Shown here one piece after another: positions 54,110 to 64,000 of a DNA stretch of 64,000 bases; the first letter of the stretch is position 1; each line of letters starts with the position of its first letter. The notes beneath the pieces are model-generated. The model was not told where the DNA came from and searched no databases. It worked only from the letters and a program-made list of their open reading frames with translations. The stretch is taken from positions 162,316,001-162,380,000 of the forward strand of contig OX597817.1 in NCBI GenBank assembly GCA_951406725.2. Reading direction: 5' to 3'. Source of the DNA: Octopus vulgaris (taxonomy: Eukaryota). Both the position numbers and the translations under genes were made by a program.

Positions 54110-55377
54110 GGTGTGAGAGGAAGAGTTAAGTCATAGTTAGTTTCGATGTGCTATAAATAGAGTGAGGTGGAGGAAAGAAAATAGATGTAAGATATGTGTG
54201 GTTATTGAGTACATAAATCCGTTTATAGGCATAATGGTTTATATGTGTAATATTCCAATATCCTTTCAGTAAAATCCAAAAGTCCAACATAGTTTAATAT
54301 ACCGTATACTGAAATATGAAGAAGAGTTCATTTACACTAACATTTCTGTATTTCTATTATAATAGTATTTATCACTAGAAGCTCCACATCTCCCTTGTAT
54401 GTGAGGGTTTAATACACTGGGTAGATCGAGTATTTCTCCGAAAAAACTCTTTCATTACATGTTTGATCCTGCTGTCCATCAACAGGAGTAACTTTTCAAA
54501 CCAGGAGAGGTACTAACACTATTCCCATCGTCATATTCCCTACAAGTTTCAAATGGTTCATATTTATATCTGATTCTTTCTGTCTGGCCCAGCTTTCCAA
54601 TCACAAGTACGACGCGTATTGTAACGAGAGAAATTTGATGAACTACCGATATTTTAAAAACCACATCTGATCATCAATCGAACTGAACGTAGTTAACGAG
54701 GCAGCACGTGTTTGATATTCCATTAATTCGAAAAGAATTTATAGCCTGTTCGGATGAGAAGAACAGTACGATAACTGAGCAACAATCGTAGCAAAAATGA
54801 CTAAAATATTTTCTCTTGAGGGGTAGGGGAAATGGAGGGAAAACGCTTTTAACCCCATTTTAATTACTTGAGTCATTCGTTCTGTAATTCGTTTTGATTA
54901 TGGGTGATATGAAAGGGTTTTGTAAGGAATGTAACCAATTTTCTGTAGTCAAGAACAGAGGTTATTACTAAAGGATTCTGAACAAGAGAACTTATTAAAT
55001 TATCGAATGCCCTTGGCTGGACATTTGCTGTTGTGTCAGACTACATACATATATTTATACATATGTACATAATGCATACACACATTCATACATGCACACA
55101 CATACACACATGTTATCGGGTATAATGTATAATGAATCGAATGCCAAATCATTTACATTTGTAAAAAGGACACAATATATGGAGAGAATGTAGAGTGTAT
55201 ATATCATTACGTATCTTAAAGAATATTTTACGCGTTTTACCTTCTTTCGCCACGCAAAGCTGTGCATCACGCAAAGATTATCTGCTGTACTGCGTCGCAC
55301 AGTGAAACAAATTATAATATATGAGAGAGATACTGTTTAACACACACGTACACACACACACACACGCACATAAACAC

Positions 55378-55441
<64 letters not shown>

Positions 55442-55445
55442 ATGT

Positions 55446-55626
55446 GCGCAGGAGTGGCTGTGTGGTAAGTAGCTTGTTTACCAACCACATGGTTCTGGGT
55501 TCAGTCCCACTGCGTGGCACCTTGAGCAAGTGTCTTCTACTATAGCCTCTGGCTGATCAAAGCCTTGTGAGTGAATTTGGTAGACGGAAACTGAAAGAAG
55601 CCCCGTCGTATATATGTATATATATG

Positions 55627-55657
<31 letters not shown>

Positions 55658-55868
55658 ATGTTTGTGTGTCTGTGTTTGTCCCCCTAGAATTGCTTGACAA
55701 CCGATGCTGGTGTGTTTACGTCCCCGTAACTCACCGGTTCGGCAAAAGAGACCGAGAGAATAAGTACTAGGCTTACAAAGAATAAGTCCCGGGGTCGATT
55801 TGCTCGACTAAAGGCGGTGCTCCAGCATGGCCGCAGTCAAATGACTGAAACAAGTAAAAGAGTAAAGA

Positions 55869-55870
<2 letters not shown>
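55446..55870 (+). mobile_element. SINE family A
   Basis: Full-length match; its 3' half is duplicated in inverted form at 51647-51827. Confidence 0.9.
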
Positions 55871-55926
<56 letters not shown>

Positions 55927-55958
55927 GTATACATATATATATATATATATACGTATAC

Positions 55959-56005
<47 letters not shown>

Positions 56006-56087
56006 TAAGTATATATAATTATATTTATGTATGTATGTGTGTATGTGAAGGCGCATGGTTCAATGGTTAGAGCGTCGGGTTCACACT

Positions 56088-56421
56088 GGTGCGTAACTGG
56101 TACTTAATTTATCGAGCCCGAAAGAATGAAAGGCAAGGTCGAACACGGCGGAATTTGAACTCAGAACGTAACGGCAGACGAAATACCCTTTTCTTTACTG
56201 CCCACAAGGGGTTAAACACAGAGACGACAAACACGGACAGACAAACGGATTAAATCGATTACATCGACCCCAGTGCGTAACTGGTACTTAATTTATCGAC
56301 CCCGAAAGGATGAAAGGCAAGGTCGACCTCGGCGGAATTTGGACTCAGAACGTAACGGCAGACGAAATACCGCTAAGCATTTTGCCCGGCGTGCTAACGT
56401 TTCTGCCAAGCTTGCCGCCTT
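56088..56421 (-). mobile_element. SINE family B dimer, broken at 56088 by an inversion
   Basis: The second unit stops at ..gtaccagttacgcacc; its missing tail is found at 51828-51903 on the plus strand. Confidence 0.85.
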
Positions 56422-57075
56422 CAAATGTAAACACAGGGGAAATACTGCGACGTATTTCGTCCGGAGTGGTAACGTCTGTGCCAGCTCGCCGCCTCGGGAT
56501 GTATACATTTCTATTAACCGTAATACTACGTCGTCATTAATCAATAACCAGAACTCGTACAAACTGATAACTTATTTTTCATACCTATAATACCTTTATA
56601 CAAACATAATAATAATAACCACATGTAAACATTTATTATTTAAGCTAAGTATTGTCATTGGTGATGAATAGTCAGTTCGAATTAAAGTTTTTGGAAAGTT
56701 AGTTGTCAGTTGCTTCATTAAAAATTAAATGCAACTATTTTCAATGTTGGTAATGTTTGCGATTCATTTTTAAAATTTGTATTAACCTTTTGCCTGTCCA
56801 AAGCATTTTCATAAGTTTATTCTAAACATCCATACTTGTTTTGAGACTATTAGTTAGCCCATGTTTCATTCGTTTTGTATAATATAAATGTTTTATAGTT
56901 GGGTAGGTAGTGGAGCCATCTAATGTGACTCTTTTCAGAAGGCTGTAATATCATTTGACAGGAACACGGTATCAAGAAATACATGGAACAAGTCGGTAAC
57001 TCTAAATAATTTTAATGTGGCCACGCGTATATATATATAAACTGAATGATAAATGGAAATGATTGATGAACATTT

Positions 57076-57402
57076 GGAAGCACTCCGTCGGTTACGTCGA
57101 TGAGGGTTCCGGTTGATCCGAATCAACGGAACAGCCTGCTCGTGAAATTAACATGTAAGTGGCTGAGCACTCCACAGGCACGTGTACCCTTAACGTAGTT
57201 CTCGGGGATATTCAGCGTGACACAGAGAGTGACAAGGCCGGCCCTTTGAAATACAGGTACAACAGAAACAGGAAGTAAGAGTGAGAGGAAGTTGTGGTGA
57301 AAGTGTACAGCAGGGATCACCACCTCCCCCTGCCGGAGCCTCGTGGAGCTTTAGGTGTTTTCGCTCAATAAACACTCACAACGCCCGGTCTGGGAATAGA
57401 AA
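57076..57402 (-). mobile_element. SINE family C, 5'-truncated
   Basis: Reverse complement of 32650-32980; 12-bp TSD TGATGAACATTT (57064-57075 and 57403-57414). Confidence 0.9.
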
Positions 57403-57419
57403 TGATGAACATTTATCCA

Positions 57420-57790
57420 TATATCTACATGAATCTACGTGGGTTGTATGTTTGCTGTTAACCATGGTGAGGAAGCTCACGAACAGCGATATGATAGAAC
57501 CTGTGCAGTGTTGTTGATGCTGTGCAGAGATGTTGTTGACGACGTTGGTAGAGACATGATGGTGGCGACGAAGATGGAGGTCGTTGTAATGCTGTCGTAT
57601 GGTCAGTGGTTAGACCTTTGAAGGTCTGGAACCAACAGACATCGAGACTGGGAGGAGGGGAGTTTGTATAGCTAACAGTAGGCTCAAATAGAGTTTAGAA
57701 CAGTCTGTCTCACGTGATTTATTTGGAGGCTGCGATTGGTTAGGTTGCATAAGGCGTTGATCGATTTGAGTGTTTGGCAAAAGACATTTA
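57420..57790 (-). mobile_element. Diverged LTR fragment related to the 61421-62485 solo LTR
   Basis: Minus strand AACCAATCGCAGCCT..TTTGAGCC..CCAGACCTTCAAAGGTCTAACCACTGACCA..CATCAACAA is collinear with 61585-61950. Confidence 0.55.
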
Positions 57791-58362
57791 ACTTACCGGA
57801 GGTTCGTCCTCTGAAATTGAACCCCATACCATATAATCTTGAAGCGATCTGCTTCACCACATTGTAATGCCTGTACCCAATTTCAAACCAGACTTCTCTC
57901 AGTATTGTACATAAGTGGAACAATGCGGATAGTCCTCTTCGGACGGAGTTTTATGAAGGCACCGCTTTGAATTTGCTGTATAAGCCTGTATAAGCGGGGG
58001 ATGCAATCTCAAGGGCTGCCTCAAGCGGCACACAATCTGGCTACACCACTGTCTGTCACGTACCAATAAAGGATCTCAGAAAAGGATTTTTGCTTCCTAA
58101 AGAAAGAATTGGACAACCATCAACTAGCTTCTAATATCTGAGTAGTATGTCCTTCAACAAGAAAATGTACGCTGTATATTTACACTGAATATACAAAATA
58201 TAAACTGTAATGAAAGCGGTAACCAAAGCATTAGCTTCGTAAAAAAATAGAGGCTTGAACAAGAGAAAATTTGTTGTAAAAAGTGATGTTATAGCGGAAT
58301 AAATGGTTTATCGTAGCATTGTGAAGTTCATCGGCTAAAGAAAAGTTGTATGCTCAAGATCT

Positions 58363-58793
58363 TGTAGTGACGCCATCTTGGAAATTTCCAGCACGCATGC
58401 GCAGGGTTGGAATCTTCCGGAAAGCCTGCCGGAAGTTCCCTCGTGCGCATGCGCAGAAAATTAGCAGCAGCGAAATTCTCTTGTATCTCTCTCTTTGACG
58501 CTAGCAACTGAACGATACAGACGTGTCTCCAGCAGTTTTCTCGAGCTGTTACCTCGTGGTGCATCCCCGCTATGCTTGAACGGGCAGGATTGACTCACTG
58601 CACTAGACTACAGCCGATAAGCTCCTAGGTTGCCGATTCGCCCTGAGGAAGGAAATGTTTATATTGCGAATCAAAGAATACATATTTATACTGTTGAAGT
58701 TAACGGAAAATCTTGACTCTTTCTTCAATTAGTATTTGATGTAAAGGATGCGAGCAGCACCCCTCCAGTGCGGGAATCTCTCATCCTGTTACA
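58363..58793. mobile_element. Solo LTR (431 bp), Gypsy-like
   Basis: TGTA...TACA ends and an exact 4-bp TSD ATCT (58359-58362 and 58794-58797). CpG-rich, with promoter motifs. Confidence 0.75.
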
Positions 58794-59317
58794 ATCTCCT
58801 ACGCGCTGGAAGATGAAGTGAAACTCTGCATGTATTTTTAAGGGCATTCTCATTATGGAATTAGGGGACAAAAATAATGGTTATGTGGCTTGTCATTTTA
58901 GGTCAACATCACTAACATAACTGGTCTGAGGTTGAAATTACTAGGGCCGAATCACATCATTATCTTTCTTTTCGCTACGATCAGAGGTTTTAAATCAAGG
59001 TTGCAATTGTTCATAACTCGCTAGAGGAACAAAATATTTCAGTCATTTGGATCAAAATAGTGTTTCCAGATTTATAAAACCATGAGCCCTGAACTACTTT
59101 TATGCTAAATTCCTTTTAGTGAGATGTAAGGCAATTTTTCAGATTCCTTTCGTTTTGTGTTAGTTTATTTACAATGAAAGAACGTCGAAAACTAAACCAA
59201 CGAACGTTGAAACTAAACCAACGAACGTTGAAAACTGGTTGCATCAAAGAGAGTTGCTTATAATTTGCCATGTTTCTTATACGTCATATACTGTTGGAAA
59301 CTGGTCTCCGTAATAAC

Positions 59318-59557
59318 ACTCTTTACTCTTTTACTCGTTTCACACATTTGACTGCGGTCATGCTGGAGCTCCGCCTTTAGTCGAGCAAATCGACCCCAGG
59401 ACTTATTCTTTGGAAGCCTAGTACTTATTCTATCGGTCTCTTTTGCCGAACCGCTAAGTGACGGGGACGAAAATAGACCAGCATCTGTTGTCAAGCGATG
59501 TTGGGGAGACAAACACAGACACACAAACATATACACACACATACATACATACATACA

Positions 59558-59643
<86 letters not shown>

Positions 59644-60304
59644 CCGTTTGTTTATCCAATTTTAAACCCTGCACGACTTCTATATACTTTGTCTTTCCTA
59701 CCCGCCATTGCTTCTTTACCAAACTATTTTGGCGCCCTCCGATTCTTCCCCCTCTTCCTCCCATCCTCCTCAATCCCTTCTTTCTCCTTTTCTCTTGGTC
59801 ACTGATTCTGTCCCCTGCCTTCCACCCTCTTTGATTCCCTCTTTCTCTGTCTCTCTTTCTCTCTCTCTCCTGCAACCTGCTGCTTCTTAACCATTCTGTT
59901 GGCGATCGTATCTCGACCAACATGTGTCCCCTCTACCGAAAAGGTAATTATTTCTACGCCAGCTGCTATGTTGTTGTTGTTTTTGTCTCATTTGGTCTAA
60001 AGTCGTAAGACAACCACCGTTATATTTTGTTTATCCATTACTGTTTTCAATTTCGTTTTCGTCTCTTGTATTTACATCCGTCTCTTGCGTTTACATTCTT
60101 GTCTTCTACCAAGAAATCTAATGCTTACAGCTTAGTTTTTTTCTTGGGGCTGGCCGAGTTGGAGCAAATATCAGAATTGAACAGCCGAAATTTGCTATGA
60201 TGATTCGGTGTCTGACTGAAGATTGAAGGCTTCGAATGATTTGTCTGTGTTCCGTGTTCGTCCCTTCCTGTATTTCACGTTCTTTATATATAAAAACATT
60301 TATT

Positions 60305-60376
<72 letters not shown>

Positions 60377-60698
60377 TATATACGACGGGCTTCTTTCAGC
60401 TTCCGTCTACCAAATCCGCTCACAAGGCTTTGGTCGGCCCGAGGCTATAGTAGAAGACACTCTCAGAGTGGCTGGCGTTAGGAAGGGCATCCGGCTGCCA
60501 AATCAAGTTTGGAGCCTGGTGCAGCCATCTGGTTCGCCAGCCCTCAGTCAAAATCGTCCAACCCATGTTAGCATGGAAAGCGGACGTTAAACGATGATGA
60601 TGATGATGATGATTCTCCCAAGGTGCCACGCAGTGGGAATGAACCCGGAACCATGTGGTTGGTAAGCAAGCTACTTACCACACAGCCACTCCTGCGCC
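59318..60698 (-). mobile_element. SINE family A split by two nested insertions
   Basis: Tail half at 59318-59640 and head half at 60373-60698. A ~670-bp insert (59641-60308) sits inside the (TA)n, and an RTE-tail fragment (60462-60612) sits inside the head. Confidence 0.85.
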
Positions 60699-61181
60699 TA
60701 TAATAAACTTAAAAGTTTATGTAATTCAATATTTTATTAATCCTATATTAATAGGAAGTTATTCACTTTTGCGGAATAACAAAGTGAAATTTGCATCACT
60801 GATTTATACTCACCATTGCCAAAAAATTTTCTTAACATTAAAATTAGTCGATAATCAACTGCATGTTGGACTTAGAGATAATAATCTCGGACTTAGGGAT
60901 AATGAGATTTCTGATAATGATCATGCTGGATAATGATCGTGCTGAAATAATAATGATCGTGATAATGATAATGATAACGATCATATTGGACTTACAGATA
61001 ATGGTCTTGCAAGCTAAGAATTACTGCCTCATCGGTCTCAACTATCAGCTCTCGGCTTTCCGATGTATCGCAGGATTAACCGTTTCATTAAGATACAAGG
61101 TAAGAAACTTCATTCAATTTAAAACATTACGCTCCGCAGCGCCTTTGGTATTTCGCTTTTTAAACATTATAATTATCTGGT

Positions 61182-62665
61182 TAAGGCGGCGAGCTGGCAG
61201 AATCGTTAGCACACCGGACGAAATGCTTAGCGGTATTTCGTCTGCCGCTACGTTCTGAGTTCAAATTCCGCCGAGGTCGACTTTGCCTTTCATCCTTTCG
61301 GGGTCGATAAATTAAAGTACCAGTTACGCACTGGGGTCGATATAATCGACTTAATCCGTCTGTCTGTCCTTGTTTGTCTCCTCTGTGTTTAGCGCCTTGT
61401 GGGTAGTAAAGAAATAGGTATGTAGCGATATTGATATCCTCACTGTTTGAGAGACACATAAGAATGATCTCGTTTGCGATTACAACCATCTTTGGCTAGT
61501 TTGACCCTGTTGTGTCCACTGATCTGATTGGTTGGCATCTAGCGCGGTCTGTCTTTCTACTTATTTCGCGCCAGGGTGTAAAACCAACCAATCACGGCCT
61601 TCGGATAAGATACCCTTCTTTGAGCCAGTTTAACCTTATAAATAAGCTTGTTTTCACTATTCTCCGTCTTTCGGCTCCAGACCTTTTAAGGTCTAGTCAC
61701 TGACCACAGAGCTACTCAGCCATGTTCCAGTTCCAGCGACAGCCATGTTCCAGCTCCAGCTATGTAGATGCTATTGTACACCCGCTACGCAGAACGATCT
61801 CCATCTCCGCCTCCGACATCACCATCGTCGTACTTCAACTTTACGTCATCTCCACCATCGTCGTCTCCATCTCCGTCGACTTCAACAACATGTACACATC
61901 AACAAACCGACCAGGTTTAACTCACGCTGTTTGTGTGAATCTTTCACCGAGAAGAAACAGTCAGTCTAACTGAAAGAATTATCTATATCAAGAGATTCGG
62001 CACGGCATGATAGCCACAACTTCTACACGGCTAGTAACCGACTCTGCCACCTGACCCACAACATCTTGTTATAGAACTTACTATTGTGTACCTTATGAAA
62101 TGGTAAACTAACTCTATCTTAACTCAATATGCTGAGAACTTATGCTCTGTATTCTGTATTTTCTGTTATACGCACACACCCTTGTCTGTACCTTTTGTCA
62201 CACACACGAACACACAGACACAAACACTTGTCGCATGCACACATACACAACACTTCACTAGTACTTACACACACACTCTCTCTCTTTGTACACATTGTGA
62301 ATAAAGTCTTCTTCTCTCTCAAACAGTAGAACGGTTTGTTGTCCTCATTCATTCCTTTGGCACTGTATTTTATATGTTATATTATGAATATGGCTTCTCA
62401 TATTTTGTTAGGGAGCAACCGTGTGGCATTCAAAAGGAGACATTTCTGTCACCAACTCCTTTACGTACGGTCGTAAAACCCTACAGGTATTTCGTCTGTC
62501 TTTACGTTCTGAGTTCAAATTCCGCCAAGGACGTCTTTGCCTTTTATCCTTTCGGTGTCGATGAATTAAGTACCAGTTGCGTACTGGAGTTGATCTAATT
62601 GACTGACCCTCCTCCCTCAAAATTTCGGACGTTGTGTCTAGAGTAGAAAAAATGTAGAAAAGAAT
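61182..62665 (+). mobile_element. SINE family B dimer interrupted by a solo LTR
   Basis: The sequence ..gtaaagaaataGGTA resumes as GGTAtttcgtctg after the LTR. Confidence 0.9.
61421..62485 (+). mobile_element. Solo LTR (1065 bp), Gypsy-like
   Basis: TGTAG...CTACA termini and an exact 4-bp TSD GGTA (61417-61420 and 62486-62489). Removing it restores the SINE B junction. CCAAT and TATA-like motifs at ~61590-61645, AATAAA near 62300. Confidence 0.9.
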
Positions 62666-62699
62666 ACTTGCAGCTATGTTTTCTTTGCGTTACAGTACA

Positions 62700-63600
62700 A
62701 TCCTACCTTCCCCGATTCTTGCTCTAATCTGCTCGGCACCTCCTTTGCTTGATCTGTCCTCTCTGTTAGTAATGCCAGGTCATCAGCAGTGTCCTAGTCA
62801 GTTACTGTTACTGCTTGATACCATCTACTTCTTTGCCTATGCAGTTTGAATTCCAGTTCTTCTTCCTTGCCATCGTACGTTTTACGCATTACATAGTCTA
62901 GAACGATGGCGAAGAGATAAGGTGCTAGCGTGTCATCTTGTAATACACCGTCTTTGACTTCAAAGTATTCTGTCTCTCCACTAGGAGTGATCACTTTCGC
63001 TCTAGTGTTCTCATACAGTTTTTTGCTCTCAGAATTCTTGGTAGAATTTCATATGCTTTAAGTATCTTCATCATCATCCCTCTATGTACTGAATCAAACC
63101 CTTTTAAAGTCTACAAAGATAATGATAGCCTTCCTGCTATGGCTCTTAACTCCCTCTATCAGTCTTCTAATTGGGTCAATGAGATGTTGACCGTCCTGAT
63201 CTGAATCCATTTTGATTTGGTCACAATTGTTTGTCTATTTTATGTTGTATTCGGTTAAGTATCATCTTGTTGACCATTTTTGCAACAATGGATTACAGAC
63301 TGATCCCTCTGTAATTCCCAGTATCACTTAGGTCTCCAGTTTTGAGCAGCGGTAGCAATTCTATCTCAGACTATTTTTCTGGCTTCACATTGTCATTTAG
63401 TTGTTTGTTTGCAAATTCAAGGATGATGTCGTCTAAATCACATCTTTTTAGTACTTCTGGTGGGATGTTGTCAGGACCAATTTGTTTTCCTTCTTTCAGG
63501 TTATTTGCGGCTCTTTCTATTTCTTGTTTTGTGAAGTCTCCATCCTCGATTTGCAAACCGTCAAGTATCTTTGCTAATTCATTTTCTGTTTCACTGTCAT
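62700..63600 (-). pseudogene. RTE-clade LINE reverse transcriptase fragment
   Basis: GPDNIPPEVLK, KTGDLSDTGNYRGISL, MILNRIQ..NQNGFRSGRS, IIFVDF..FDSVHR, GVLQDDTLAPYLFAIVLDYVMR and ADDLALL. Confidence 0.9.
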
Positions 63601-63629
63601 GTAATTAATGTCATTTTAGTGTTATCCCA

Positions 63630-63923
63630 GTGGAGGCGCAATGGCCCAGTGGTTAGGGCAGCGGACTCACGGTCGGAGAATCGCGGTTTCGATTCCCAGA
63701 CTGAGCGTTGTGTGTGTTTATTGAGCGAAAACACCTAAAGTTCCACAATGCTCCGGCAGGGGGGGAGGCGACCCCTGTTTTACTCTTTCGCCCCAACTTT
63801 CTCTCACTCTTTCTTCCTGTTTCTTGAGTAACGCTGCGTCCAGCTGGGGGGAACACATACGCCATAGAAACCGGGAAACCGGGACCATGATCCTGGATAG
63901 GCTTGAAAAGGGCACATAAAAAA
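63630..63923 (+). mobile_element. SINE family C head with an alternative tail
   Basis: Same head as 32593 but a different 3' half ending ggcacataaaaaa. 13-bp TSD TAGTGTTATC(C/T)CA at 63617-63629 and 63924-63936. Confidence 0.88.
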
Positions 63924-64000
63924 TAGTGTTATCTCATATATGCTTAATATTAGTTATATTAAAGATTAATAAAACGGCAACCCGACAGAATCGTTACCGT

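Noticed and set aside
54479-54664. 61-aa non-repetitive ORF as a host exon (also 20289-20610)
   Set aside because: There is no recognisable domain or convincing splice-site pair, so it cannot be supported without a homology search.

Overview
This is repeat-dense, AT-rich eukaryotic DNA, most likely octopus (coleoid cephalopod); that assignment is inferred from the SINE set and microsatellite load. I found no intact host protein-coding gene, and almost all listed ORFs are microsatellite or SINE artefacts. The window is a mosaic of at least four tRNA-headed SINE families (labelled A-D here), decayed Tc1/mariner and piggyBac transposases, mariner and hAT-like MITEs, non-autonomous Helitrons, R4/Dong-like and RTE LINE fragments, Penelope-like (PLE) fragments, two solo LTRs with exact target-site duplications (TSDs), and tandem repeats. 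The most interesting signal is a dispersed set of minimal type-I hammerhead ribozyme motifs in short PLE-like modules. One has a canonical core (5067-5110, minus strand) and others have variant cores (U4C, A6U in two copies, G3); several lie in or next to (TA)n tracts or fold-back structures. Also notable are a reconstructable ~3.9 kb staggered-break inversion, apparent self-targeting of SINE family B, and a CpG-rich candidate promoter with an RFX X-box near 7.3-7.6 kb. All calls come from reading the sequence by eye, with no database searches; boundaries without a TSD or terminal inverted repeat (TIR) are approximate.
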